Positions 18,621 to 31,500 of a stretch of DNA of 64,000 nt are shown one piece after another. Under the pieces are notes generated by a model, which had not been told where the DNA came from, ran no database searches, and saw only the letters and a list, made by a program, of their open reading frames with translations. Position numbers and translations under genes: made by a program. Positions within the stretch are counted from its first letter, which is position 1, and every line of letters begins with the position of its first letter. This stretch comes from a virus, in the IMG/VR virus record IMGVR_UViG_3300009104_000002, positions 126,480 through 190,479 of that record; one strand, 5' to 3'.

Positions 18621-21560
18621 TTAATTCCCCAAATTAATATTGCTGGCCGGGAATATTCCAGCTTGTACGGCTTCCGGAACGTCAACTGGTTCGAACGGGG
18701 CTTCCGGACCGAATGGCGATTCCGTTGTAGCGCTGGCGTTAAAAATTGGTGCACCCGTGATACCTATCGTGAAAGTGCCCTCGATCAAGAAATATTTATC
18801 TGAATATTTTCTTTTTCCGAAAGAGCTTCCTATTTTATATTTCTGATCCGAATATAGGGTTGCCCTGCAGAGTATAAATCTCCCAGATTCTAAATTTCTC
18901 ACCCTTGAGCGAGTTAATTTGGTAAATTTTGGAGACTTAACATTTGGAGCACCAGTAGAATCTTTTTCAAATTCAGATAATACTTCTATTTTTACCAAAT
19001 TCATATAATTTTCCTTTATCATATAATAATTATCCGGACTTGCAAAAAAATCATTAACCATATTTAACCATTGGTTTACAGTTTTGTCAGATTTTGAAGC
19101 AAAAATAGCCTTTATGTGATTTGGTAAATTTTCTATTTCTTGCCGCAACCTTATGGCCGGATCAACTGTTGAGTCTAGAGAACTTATTGATCTTCCTGGC
19201 TTTGTTCGCTTTGGCGGATTATCAATCTCTTCCCTTGTTAGTAGGCTCATTGGCTGGTTTGTAATGTCAAAATTATTTACAGATAAATCCCACCCTTCTT
19301 CTTCTCTCAAAATAGAATTGATAAAGGAAGTATACTTATTTGTTTCATCAATTTGTCCCTCATAGCCTCCAACAACAGTGTCATATGAGTCTGGAATTGC
19401 CTCTGGAGCGCTTGAATTAAAATCATCAGTGAATCCCTGCTCTGTGGAATTTATATAAGAATCATTTTCCAAATCTAATGGATCAGTATTTCCCGTCCAC
19501 CATGATTCACCTATCGATACACCAATTGATTGCAAAAAATAAGATATTGACAGATTTGATGGGAGGCTCGTGTCATATTTGTTTTTATAATTTTGATCAT
19601 TAAAAACTCCGTTATCAAATGAGTTCGTTTCTGTTAATATTGTATTATTTATTTTTTTCGGTGCCAAGAATGAACAATAATTTTCCTCAAAATCAAAAAG
19701 TCCGCGATATTCTTTAAAGGGATCAGTCGGACCGGTCAGACCAAGAGATATATCAGAATTTAATTGACTGAAATCTATCTCTCCTGAATCAAATTGATAG
19801 TCTTTTATTAGTCTTCTAAAATCAAATTCGCATCTAGACAGAAAATCTACATCTGTAAATTTAGAAATACCAATATTACTGTTTTTGTTTATGTTGAGAT
19901 AATCATAATTTAGATTTGTCGCATCTAAAAAGTCTGCGTATGTCTTAAAATCCTTTTCGAATTGTAGGAAAAATAAATCTGAATTATTTTTTGAATATGA
20001 TTTTGAAAATTGTGAGTTTACTTGAGAGATTACTCCCGCATTCCCTATCATTTCAGATAATTTAGATATTAATGACAGGTTGTGTCTCATTAATTCAGAT
20101 GTGGTTTTCTCATATTTCAGTAAATTTTGAAGATATTTTCTTTGGGTCTCAATATCCTTAATATTAGAATTTAAAGTAAACAAAATATTAAGGATATTGT
20201 TGACGGCAGCTAGTGCGCTGCCCATTTCTGTTGGGCGAGAAATGTTGAATGTTTGCAGTAAATTTTGTGCATTTTCCAATTTTTTCAAAGACTCTATTAG
20301 CCACAGCAATATTCCATCTTGTACCCTTAGTGATACAGAATAGCTATATTTGCCCCCCAATAATGTATCATAATCGCTGAAACCGTATACTTTTAGATAC
20401 ATGTTTTCCGCAGATGCAGAATCAATCTGAATTGGGAGATTTATTTCTGATATTTCTGCCAATATTGTGTCATCGATTTTGCTCGACTTGGCGGCCCTTA
20501 TTAAAGATGGAGAATCCGCCAATAAATTATCGGAAGTTTCAATAACAATTTTATTTATTTGATCTTTATTTACGGAAATTTTCTCTTTTGTTCCAATTGG
20601 ATCAAAATTTAATATATCTTTAATCTCTCTCCTCTTCAATATTAGGCTAGCTATTTTTGAATTATTTAACATCGATAATATTTCTGAAGAAATTCCGTCT
20701 TGTCTTTCCAAGATTTGACCATATCTGCTATTATCTATTAAAAATTGCCCCTTATCAAAGAAAAAGACACCTTTTACATCTTGATCTTTTCCATACGAAG
20801 CAAACAAATCAGAAATATTAGAATTTTTTCTCTGTGTGTTTAGGGAAAATATATCGAAATCAAATAAATTATCATAATAATCTGTTCTCATATCTTCAAT
20901 CTTTGAAGAAATAACGAGATTACCATTCTCTATGACTGGAATTCTACTGAATGCAGCATCTTTTTGGGATGTTCCGGTTTGCATAAAAACATATATAACT
21001 AAAGTATTTGTTTTCTTAGGGGAACTCTTCATCGAGAATGGATAATGATATGCAATTGGATTATTAGATGTTCTCGCATAATCTACCTTTATTTTTGGAT
21101 TAACGCTTCCATCTTCGAGAAAGGTTTGAAATGTTAATTTTTGAGGAGTAAACGTTATTATGCCGTCTTTTTTATCATCAATATCTTGGGATCTTAAATT
21201 AGATTTTACTGACAAAGTTCTATCTCTACTCTCGCTTGTTACTATATATACCCTCATATACATATTTAAATTTTTCGATAAATCAAGAGAGGGCAACCCA
21301 AAACCATCTGCACCGGTTTTTAATTGATAATTTAATTCTACAGAGTATTCATCATTATCTTCAGTTGAGGATAAATTTATATTTTTAATGGAAATATTCT
21401 TACTTTCCAAGGACAACAGTGCTGATCGAGTGCGGCTAACCCTACGTCCATCCGCGACTCTGACTCTGCGGGAGATTACACCGGAACCAAAAGGACTTTT
21501 TCTTTCTGTTGTCCTGGGTGTGGGGGCTGCTCCTATAGATTTTTTATCTTTTGTTGTCAT
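18621..21560 (-). CDS. Large hypothetical protein (979 aa), probably virion-associated
   Basis: Intact ORF within the tail/baseplate operon; no motif recognised. Confidence 0.5.
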   Translation of the reverse strand: MTTKDKKSIGAAPTPRTTERKSPFGSGVISRRVRVADGRRVSRTRSALLSLESKNISIKNINLSSTEDNDEYSVELNYQLKTGADGFGLPSLDLSKNLNMYMRVYIVTSESRDRTLSVKSNLRSQDIDDKKDGIITFTPQKLTFQTFLEDGSVNPKIKVDYARTSNNPIAYHYPFSMKSSPKKTNTLVIYVFMQTGTSQKDAAFSRIPVIENGNLVISSKIEDMRTDYYDNLFDFDIFSLNTQRKNSNISDLFASYGKDQDVKGVFFFDKGQFLIDNSRYGQILERQDGISSEILSMLNNSKIASLILKRREIKDILNFDPIGTKEKISVNKDQINKIVIETSDNLLADSPSLIRAAKSSKIDDTILAEISEINLPIQIDSASAENMYLKVYGFSDYDTLLGGKYSYSVSLRVQDGILLWLIESLKKLENAQNLLQTFNISRPTEMGSALAAVNNILNILFTLNSNIKDIETQRKYLQNLLKYEKTTSELMRHNLSLISKLSEMIGNAGVISQVNSQFSKSYSKNNSDLFFLQFEKDFKTYADFLDATNLNYDYLNINKNSNIGISKFTDVDFLSRCEFDFRRLIKDYQFDSGEIDFSQLNSDISLGLTGPTDPFKEYRGLFDFEENYCSFLAPKKINNTILTETNSFDNGVFNDQNYKNKYDTSLPSNLSISYFLQSIGVSIGESWWTGNTDPLDLENDSYINSTEQGFTDDFNSSAPEAIPDSYDTVVGGYEGQIDETNKYTSFINSILREEEGWDLSVNNFDITNQPMSLLTREEIDNPPKRTKPGRSISSLDSTVDPAIRLRQEIENLPNHIKAIFASKSDKTVNQWLNMVNDFFASPDNYYMIKENYMNLVKIEVLSEFEKDSTGAPNVKSPKFTKLTRSRVRNLESGRFILCRATLYSDQKYKIGSSFGKRKYSDKYFLIEGTFTIGITGAPIFNASATTESPFGPEAPFEPVDVPEAVQAGIFPASNINLGN

Positions 21561-21572
21561 CTAAAATAATTC

Positions 21573-22598
21573 CTATTCACATAAATCTTCTGAAGAAACA
21601 TTTGTGCCATAAATGTCGGCAACGGCCAATTTTATAAAAGGATTATCTTCAGATACAAAATTCTCATCCGTATAAAACCCTTGTGATCGCAAAATGCTAA
21701 CAGAATTACTTATCAACTCTCTGTCAACATCATGATCATAAAAAATATCAAAATAATATTCTACATTATCAGTAGTTAATTGGATTTCTAAATCCTCGTC
21801 TTCATCGGCCTCGTCTAACAATATATTGTTGACGATCTTTTTTCTGATATCTTTTGCGAAACTTAAAGATATCAACTGTTCTTCACCAGTCTCATCCGTG
21901 GTGATCTCAAACACCTCTATATCAAAGTTCTCCATTTTGAAATCTGTATTTTCTTCCACTATGTCTGCTAAAATATAATTATTTATTATTTTCAAAAAGG
22001 TGCCGTCGTCTGCGGCGTTGGAGATGATGCTCGGACTTGTCAGCTGATCTTCATAAAATAGTGCGGCTCCCTCCAGGGAGTGCTCATCCATTGCTTCTCC
22101 GCCCTCAAATTCAAAATCGTATTTACCGACATCAATTAAATATTCCATTGTCATGTTGATTTGTGGAATCTTCTTTTTACCAAATTTTGTTTCATAGTCC
22201 AAATTGTATGAATCTGCCTCTCCCTTGAGAAATCTAATATTTATTGCAGGCAATTTATCGCTTGATGGCTTTGAATTTCCTAGATCACTGGATAGGCTTG
22301 TTCGTTCGGATGGTATAGTCGGAGTAAGTTTATCCCCAGTTCCAAAATCTACTTCTATGCTTTTTTCAAATTTTCCGGTAAATTTATATTGTGTCTGTAA
22401 TTGTGGCGTAAGCTCCCTTATTCTGCCCTGTGTATCGTTCTGATTTTCCGAGAATCCTCCGAATTCAGAATCATACACAATATTATCATCAAAAAATGCA
22501 TAATAAACTGGTCGCATTTTTCCTCTTGAGAGAAGGTATTTTCCATATGGAGTTAATTTTAAATCTAAAACTTCTTCTTTTTTATTTAAAAAGAGCAT
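21573..22598 (-). CDS. Virion structural protein; N-terminus paralogous to 14234-15130
   Basis: VLDLKLTPYGKYLLSRGKMRPVYYAFFDDNIVYD. Confidence 0.55.
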   Translation of the reverse strand: MLFLNKKEEVLDLKLTPYGKYLLSRGKMRPVYYAFFDDNIVYDSEFGGFSENQNDTQGRIRELTPQLQTQYKFTGKFEKSIEVDFGTGDKLTPTIPSERTSLSSDLGNSKPSSDKLPAINIRFLKGEADSYNLDYETKFGKKKIPQINMTMEYLIDVGKYDFEFEGGEAMDEHSLEGAALFYEDQLTSPSIISNAADDGTFLKIINNYILADIVEENTDFKMENFDIEVFEITTDETGEEQLISLSFAKDIRKKIVNNILLDEADEDEDLEIQLTTDNVEYYFDIFYDHDVDRELISNSVSILRSQGFYTDENFVSEDNPFIKLAVADIYGTNVSSEDLCE

Positions 22599-25500
22599 TA
22601 TTTCTTCTCCTGTTCAGATAATTGTTTGGCGACAGCGCCCTGAGTTAATACGTCTGATTTTCTCTTTTTTGCTTCGGCTGTTGTGGAGGTGTTTGTTAGT
22701 GATATATCATTGGTCGAAGGCAGCCCAGTTTGTGATACTGGTGCTAACGATGTATCAAGAGTGAGTGGAGAACCATAAGAAATTTGTGCATCCATTTTAG
22801 CAAACTCCACCATTGAAAAGTTATCATAAGGCCAATTATAACCAAATAGCCTATCTTCCGCCTTGGAAGATCCAACAATCTTATTGTAATAATTAGTTTC
22901 TGCCCTTTGTTTTACTTTGAATACCATCCATTTTACTTTGTTTTTCATAGTTTTTATCATTTCCCCAGTCATCAGTGGGTGAGATATTGTTGCTACGGAC
23001 TCCTTAAACTGGGTTCCAAATTTCGGAGCAATATTTTGCCATATATAAGATAGATCATTTTTATCAAACGTGTGTTCAAAATCAAATATATACATAGCAA
23101 CTGGCTTCGTTTTTAAGTTTCTTATAAAATCAAATTGTGGCGGAAAAACATACCTTTTCCAAACTTTCTCTGCCATGTCGAGAATATCTTGACTTGTACC
23201 TGGTGGGAATAGAACTTTCGGATTCCTCTTGTTTATTTCTGTGTCTTCTGCGAAAGACGCTATCACAGGAAGTTCGAAAAACAGCTTTTTATCTCTATTT
23301 AAATTTTCAGCTTTTCCCAATTTTTTAATTGCCTCGTTTTCAACAAATGGTACCGCGACAACGGCCTCATATACTTTTTTAGAGTCTGAGAGTTTTCCCA
23401 TTCTTGATACCTTGGTCGTTGGGGCGCCAGCTGTTGATTCACTAAATCCAACAACTTCTGCGAGGGATTTAAAATTCCCGTCATTATAAAATGCCCTATC
23501 TTCTGGAGAGAGGGGGGTTCCACCGATGATCGCGCCAGGATCTGCCGCATATTCCCTCCATTGTTGTGATATCTCCCTGACTTCCAAAGAAATACCATTA
23601 TTTCCCTCCGGGATTGTTCCAAATTGATGCCACATTCCAATGGGAGTCGTTGTTTTCCCGCAATAACCCAACCACGGGTCGCTACCGGTAGTTGGAGTTG
23701 TGATATTTCCAAAATTGAGGGGAGAGGTTTTTTGATCTCCAAAGTTTAAAATTGGAGTCTCGAATTTACTCTGAATTACCCAACGAGGAGTAAGTTTTGT
23801 TAAATCATTGCTGGGGACAAATTCTTTAAGAAATAAATTAACAGATGATGAAATCTGCATTGCATTGAGATTGATATTCTTTTGATGCATTGGATAACTA
23901 TTATCCTCTCCGCTTGGCCATTGCCCTCCAGCATTTAAGGTGCCATTGATAAAGTTATTAAATACTCTCCAATATTTTACCGATGCGTTTGCAAAAATTT
24001 CGTCTAAAGTGACATTCCCGTCAGCGGAGGCCTGGAACATAACATCTGCCCATGCCTCGCCAATATAGTAAGGGGGAGTATATGGGGTGTAATAACCATT
24101 CACAGAATCATTTAAAAGAGTATCGACGATAAGGCCGGGGGATGCATCAAATGTTCCGGAAAAGGAACTCGTTCCTGCCATTGGTGGCCCGAAAGCCGAT
24201 GGTCTAGAATACATAGTCATTAATTCAGGCTCGTTAAGGGCGTCGGAGGGTACTCCTATTCGAGCTTTTCCAAATTGCTGAGGGACGTCTCCTGCGGATT
24301 GCAGGCCGAGGGAATTTGTGGATTTTTTCCCCCTTATTGCTATACGCATTCCATAATATTCTCCATTTTTAACAGTAAAGCCATCTTCTTGATTTTTTGA
24401 AACAAGAGAAGTTAATGATTCGTTTTTTAAGAAAAAATTGGGAATTTCTCCAAAAAAGTTATTAACTATGAGCTTATAATTATTTAAGTTGAGGTCTGAC
24501 TCTTCTGGATTTTGAAGTTTGGCAGTAACAGGAATTGAACAAGATGGATGTGGTTCCATATCATAGATACTAATATCTTTAATATTTGATACCGGATCAA
24601 GTAATGACTCAAATGAGAACCTGTGATGTAATATGCCACCCTCTCCTGCGTCCCTCCCAACTGCATAATAATCGCTATAGTCTACCGCAGCGGGTGCGCC
24701 AGAGCCAGAATAATTGAAATATCTAATTGTCTCATAAGACGATGTGTAGATCGGATAATCAACAGCGATGCCAGATTTTATAGTATTATACATAATCCCC
24801 GGCGAGAAAAATGGTGCCATAAAGGGTCGCATCTTCAATGTATCTATATCTCCAGCAATAGCCGAGCTGGGTCCAAGGCCTGGTATATCCTTAGAATATG
24901 TTGACCCCACGACGAACGGCGCATAACTTTCAGAAAATGCATTTGCTATTTCCAGCGTTCTTTCGGCCGGATAAAAACCATCATATGCTATGAATTTCAT
25001 CAGGGCCTTGCAACTAAGAGTCAGTGATTTTGGTAGATCTTCAATTTTGTCATGCTCTTCGGAAACTATATCAAAGTACTCCATAAAATCAGAAAATGAA
25101 TAAATTCTATAAAAATTATCTTGCCCACTATTTTGAGGAGTATCCTCAGAAACTTGTATATCATAGAGGAATGGCTGGCTGCCTGTAGTTTTATAAAAAA
25201 CTGTCTCTGTGTTGTCCTGATTTATTCCGAAAATCGAAAATGAAGCAGTATTCGATGCTAAAAATCCATTTGAATCATTCAAATATTTTTGAATATGATC
25301 ACTTATCCTAAATTCGGGAATTAATGACATATCTTTATTTTTTAGCCTCATATTATGAACATATAATTCATATTTGTCATAAAACGGAGTTGATGGTGAT
25401 GATATAAATTGACCATCTTCAATATATCCCGCCATCTCATGAGCTTCAAATTTGGCATTTCCCCCGAAAATTGATATGTGACCCAACTGATTGAACGTGG

Positions 25501-28500
25501 AAATAGTTGGCCACGCGGAGGCAGTTAATTCAGACGAAGTTAGGAAAGTTGGAGAAAGAACGGCATTTCGGAGTGCTTGTGGTCCAGTTGGAGAAACCGC
25601 TGAATAAACGCTCCCCATCGTATGTTTTCTTGCGTATATTGGAGAAGGTAGAATGGCCTCGTCGTCACCGACATTTCCGTCGATTAATCTATAAGCCATT
25701 GTATAATCATTTTGAAGTTCTCCGGACGACCCAATGGACGCACTTTCCGCTATGTATGTTGACAATCCTGTTCCAAATTGCTCTGCGGCGTCAAGTGCCC
25801 ACGCACTCTGAGATACAACATATCCTTGCGAATTTTCTCCGCCAAATTTATCTTTGCCCAGATCAGTCCTATCTTCTCTTGAATTTCTCCAAAATGTATT
25901 TTTATATCCAATCCTCTCTCTGTTTCTTTTACTATACATGTTTATAGTGGAGGGATATATTTGTTCTTGATATGAAAAATACTTTATTTCTTGAACGGGG
26001 TTTGCTACAACATCTAGTGCACTATTTGTATATAAATTTAACACCCTGTCATATGATGTTAGGAAATTATCATTAGATTTTTCAATATCAAGAGATATTT
26101 GCCTATTTGCAAATAATGTTTTCTCGTTTCCATAAGAACTGTTAATTCTAAGGTTGTCAAAAGTTATCATTGGCGCGCCAGAATCTACAACATTTCTTGC
26201 AACCTTCAAAATATGATTCATTGGCCTATATTTCGATATAATTGGAGGATCTTCTCTGAATTTCGCACTATCATCTCTCAAATTATACGCAGTAATATTC
26301 GAGCTATTCCACTTTTTGACTAATGGATTTTCATAACCTCGGGTTTGTTTCCAGGAGGGGTGCCGATAAGGTCCGTTTCTCTTAAGCAGGGTGGCGTTTA
26401 GAAGAGAAGGCTTTCCATCAAAAGGAAGTTTTCCCATAAATCCTCCATCAATTAATTTACCATTAACGGAACTTGAAATGTCTACATCTGTCGGACTGAA
26501 TCCTGTAAAAGAATTCAAATATTCCAGCGGCTCATAAACATTATAGTTTAACCAATTATAGACTGTTGGAATAAATTCCGTAATTGTGTATGCAAATGGT
26601 CCAGCTCCAAAGGATCCAAGCTCTTTTTTGTCAGATCCAAAAGATGATGGCGAAGGTATAAAGCCAGTGCGGGCATATGAAACAAAATCACTCGCGGAAG
26701 AGAAGGTTACCAAATCGCCTTCGCCGTCATAAGGAAGATATCCAAACGTATTATAAGAAATGGCCGAGGCGGTTATCCAAGCATATTGTAAATCTGTTCT
26801 TGGAATTGGGTGCTGGACATAAAAGTTATTATAAACCGATGCCGTAACCGTTGTCGACCCCGAATCTTTCATTTGTCTAATTGTATTTCTATTAACCTGA
26901 TAAACGCTGCCTGTTCCGTTGTAGTTTAATGAATTTACGAAAGACGGGCCGTTGCCAATACCAAAGGAATCTGAATAAAACCCAAATTGGCTAACATGGG
27001 ATGACAATAGGAGCCTCTGTATTTCCCTTACTTCCGTATTTCTATAATTAATCGCGTTATAAACTGAAAATTCAGCCGCTTCGGGATCTAATTGTGGTCC
27101 GCCATCGGAGTCGCCGGCAGTAGATGGGTCTCCGGGAGATGAAAATCTATTGACAAAGACGTGCTCGGTCCTTCCTCTTTGTGGCTTTGCATAGTCGTTC
27201 ATGCCCGCAATATAGGGTGATGGTGATTCTGTCACACTAAAGCCGCCTGCCTTCACAAATGCAGAATTATTTTCTGTTCTTCCGCAGGTTTGTACAATTT
27301 CATAATCTTTTCTATAATTTCCAAGCTCACCAGTGGCTGAATTATCCTTTATATTCTTAATATTAAGGATTCTTTTAGCAACCATGTCGCGGTAAAGCAT
27401 TGCGCGAGGGCTATTAACTGGCTGGTGTATGAATTTTAGAGCCGTTGGGACTGATTGGAATTCCATATTCCAAGCCTCGGGCCTGTTTGATGAATTATCT
27501 GTTCCCTTATTCAGCGGAATATGGCGATGCTGATTTCCTCCCACCCATTTTTCAGTAAAGGGGCCCTGGAGAGGGACTTCAGAGTTTACATACGAGTCAA
27601 TATGCATATTTTCAATACTGAATCCTGGTTGAAACTCATCATTTATTTTTTTATTGTATCCCGAATTTATAGTTATTCCATTTTTTAAGAAATTTTCTGT
27701 GACGACAGACACAAATGGGGCCAATAAATCCCCGGCGGCGGTCATATATGGGTCGGCACTTATTTTGTTCTGAATTTCATAAGGAATTTTTATTTTAGAC
27801 ACTGGTGTTAAATCGTCAACACAATTTACTGTGGAATCTAACTTGTCTGCCGGGACCTCAATCCCTTCAGAAACCCCAAATTTGACAGATTTTTTAATAT
27901 TTTCTCGAATATTGTTTTTAATATTCAAACCTGTACTTATTATTTTTGATTCATCAACCTTTAGTCTGAGTGGAGTTGAGAATTTTCTATTTAATGCAGA
28001 GATTGTTGTCGATAAAATTTGCTCTTTATCAGAATCGACGCCAGCATCCCCGGTGGCAAGAGGAGGTTCATCTCTTTCAGCGCGCTCTTTCCACCAAAAG
28101 CAAGACTCTCTTTCTTCGCCGCTTACGGGGCGGTGTCCGGATTTCCAATTATACAGCAGTTCATTAATGCCACGGATTCCGGATTCAGGATCTGATTGCT
28201 TCATGTCTACTGTGGGGTATTTATTCCAATATTTATTCCTTTCCAGGATGTGGCTTTCTATAACTGTCCTCAAGCCATCTTGTTTAATCGCCGAAGCTGG
28301 GAAAAGATTCATTAACATTTCTGATAATGAGCTATCTATCCATTTATAATACTCAATATATCTCTCGACATCGGGAGTGTCGTCTACTTTTTCAAAAAAC
28401 AAACTCCTTAGTTTACCAAGAGCTTTATATTCTTGCCTATATCGATTTACTGGAGCGCCTATTAAATTATTGAAATCTAAAATTGTTGAAAAGAAGTTCA

Positions 28501-31500
28501 CTATTTCATCAGTTATTGCGCGATACATACTCTTTTCTATCATATAGTAGAAATTTACTGGGCGAGTTTGTTTTGTAAAAAGCTGCTCGTCCTCGATATT
28601 GAAGACCTTGACCATATCGTATGAATTTACTATTTCCGGAGTTGTCTGTTTTGCGACTGGCAAAAATTCAACATTTATGGCCTTTATATCTTCTGGATAG
28701 AAGAAATCTGCGCGGCCAGTATGTTGTTTTCCTACGACATTCCCCATCCAGGAGTATCTTTGGGAAATTTCAGAGGATCCAGAGGAATAATCTAAAACAG
28801 TAAATCCCGCATCTGGAACTGTTGGTACTCCACCTCCAGAATCTGAACCAGTTATTTGATCAAATCTCCATTGAAGTGCCAGAGTTTCCATTTCTGGAAT
28901 TTCTGTTCCTGTTAAAGATGTCACAAAATTATAAGAATTTTTATATGGAGAATAAGATCCAAAATTATCTGAATTTTTAGCGTGTGCTATAATTTCACTA
29001 TCATTAAGATGTTTCATCCAATATTTTACACTAGATATCTTTAAATCAGATCTGTGAATTGTGGAGCCAGTGAAATCTTGCCGGTGGGCGCCAACATAAA
29101 TTCTCTTTGGCTCTGTTAAGTATTTGTCTCCGTCAGTCGTGACTGAGCTGGTTAACAAAATTTCTTGATTAATTATATCTGCGTCTGTGTTGACGGCATA
29201 AAGTTCCAAGTCATACTCGGAAACATCCGTGCCATCTACTAAGTCAGCATGCTTTCGTGTTGGCCCAAATCTTAAAGCAATATTCCATTTTTTATTGGTA
29301 TATAGATCCTCGATAATATCACTTTGAACATCTATTCCGAAAAAAGAACTAGTTACCACAAGATATCCATCTTTTTGGTTTCTATTCGTATTCGGTCGTA
29401 CAGAATATACTTGTAAATCGTAATCTGTAGAAGGCCAGGAGAAATCTGTCGGCGTTGTCGCGTCTGCCGTATGAAATCCAAAAATAGAGGACGTTTGGAA
29501 CGGCGTCACATAATAAACATTGTTGTCAATTTCTTTCTTTTTCGGAAAAATTGTTTCGACTTCGTAAGTGAAAGATGTATATTTTTCCAAAGAGTCGGAC
29601 GAGGCGGAAATAAAAGAGACACTATTTGGATTTCCGGAAGAGGTTTGCTGATATATTGTTGAATTGAAAGTATCTGGTCGATAAAAATCCACAAAATTCT
29701 TCTTTGTATATGAAAAATCATAATTTTCATTTAGGTTATATACCAGATTGTTCGCATAAGCGTTAATTTTAATTAAATTCTCGTCTACTCCATAACACCT
29801 TATTAAGTTTCTGAAAGAATTTGTTGTACCCTTTGATTTATAAATTGATACAATATTGTTGTAAATGTTTTTATATATGATGTTTTTTATATTAAACAGC
29901 TCGTCAGAAAAATCCTTCTCTTCATCTCTGTTAAAAATTTGATTCAATACGGAAGAATCTGTAAAGATTTCTGGAGATATTAATCCAATATGTCCCAGCA
30001 ATTCATCAGAAAATGGAATTTCCTTGTTACTTCCGCTCACATATGAAATATTTTTAATCTTATTAATTTCTTGGATTTGAAGTTGGAGAGTATCCAAATA
30101 GCTTGACATTACTTGGGTTAGCTTCTTTAGGTTTCCACTTTCATCGCCAGCAGTATCTTCGTCGATTATCCAATTTGGAAAATTATTATATAATGAAGTT
30201 GAGTTATTGTAATCATAATATGCTCCAGATAACTCCATCTCATTAGATAATGAAATAACCAATGGATGCTCTGGATAAATAATTGGGTCCCTGAACTCTG
30301 CTTGAGCTGCGCCTGCCAATACCATGGCGGAAGAGGTTTTTCTAGAATTTGAAGTGTATCCTGTCCAATTCCCGTTTGTTATTCTTCCCGAGTAATCAAG
30401 AACCGATGAATCAATGGAGGAATCTCCAACAATTCCTTCATTAAATTTATAATAAACTCCCAAAGAGGCATTTGATATGTCGCTATTTGTTCCGCCATAT
30501 ACTTGTGTAAACCAATATCGACCTATATCCTCCGAAGTTCTTGACTCTTTCCAAAATCTAAATTCATCCAGCGATCCAGAGAATTTTCCCCAGCCACGGC
30601 CGGCGAAGTCCGAAGTTCCATTTGAGGCAGATGTAATTAGGGCGCCTATTTGTGCGTTTAGGGCGCCTGTAACTTCATTAAGATTTGATCCAGATGAAGT
30701 TGATTCTATTAGATCTCCGTTTATATAAAAATCCGTATTTAATGTTGATCCAGAATTATATACTCTAAAAGCATAGTGCCCAAAAGTTTCCAGGGCTGCC
30801 AGAGTGATTGAAGATCCAAATGGTTGACTTATAAATCCATCAGAGCCAGATCTAACAGTTAATTTAAATGGTTGAGGAGATGCCGTAAATAAATCAAAAG
30901 TGTTTAATTCGAGAGTAACCCTCCCATAAGACCCAAGAGATGACGTTGTATTATTCCATAAATCAAAAATTACTTCTTTTTGGGTTTTATTTATGTCTAC
31001 GCCTTCTTTTTTCAGCCAAAATTCAATTGTGATTCCATTATCAAAGTTTGTTTTAAGGTTACTTTCCCTACTCCCCTTATCGATAAATCCCTTATCATCA
31101 TAAATATTTTCGTTATATATATTAGAATCATCAAATGTCGAGTTTAGCGCCTTCCCTATCATTCCCCCGGAGGCTGTATGAGGGCCGCCCTGGAAATGTA
31201 TGTATTCATCCACTGTGGGGTGACCATAATAATAGTTTCCGATATTTGGAAATCCACCGGGCTCTACACCCCCCCAACCCTCTGCGGAAATATCTATATA
31301 TCCATTTGTTCTCGGATATTTATTCTCCAGTAACCACAAATCTATGTACGTTGATTGATTTAAAAATTCTTGCTTTTCTTTTGAGGCGCCGTCATAAGGA
31401 TAATTTTCATAGATTCTTGTTATTGAATCTTCATAATATTGTTTTGCAGATCCATATCTAGCAAAATTTTCAGGATTGGAAAAATCAATTTGAGGTATAA

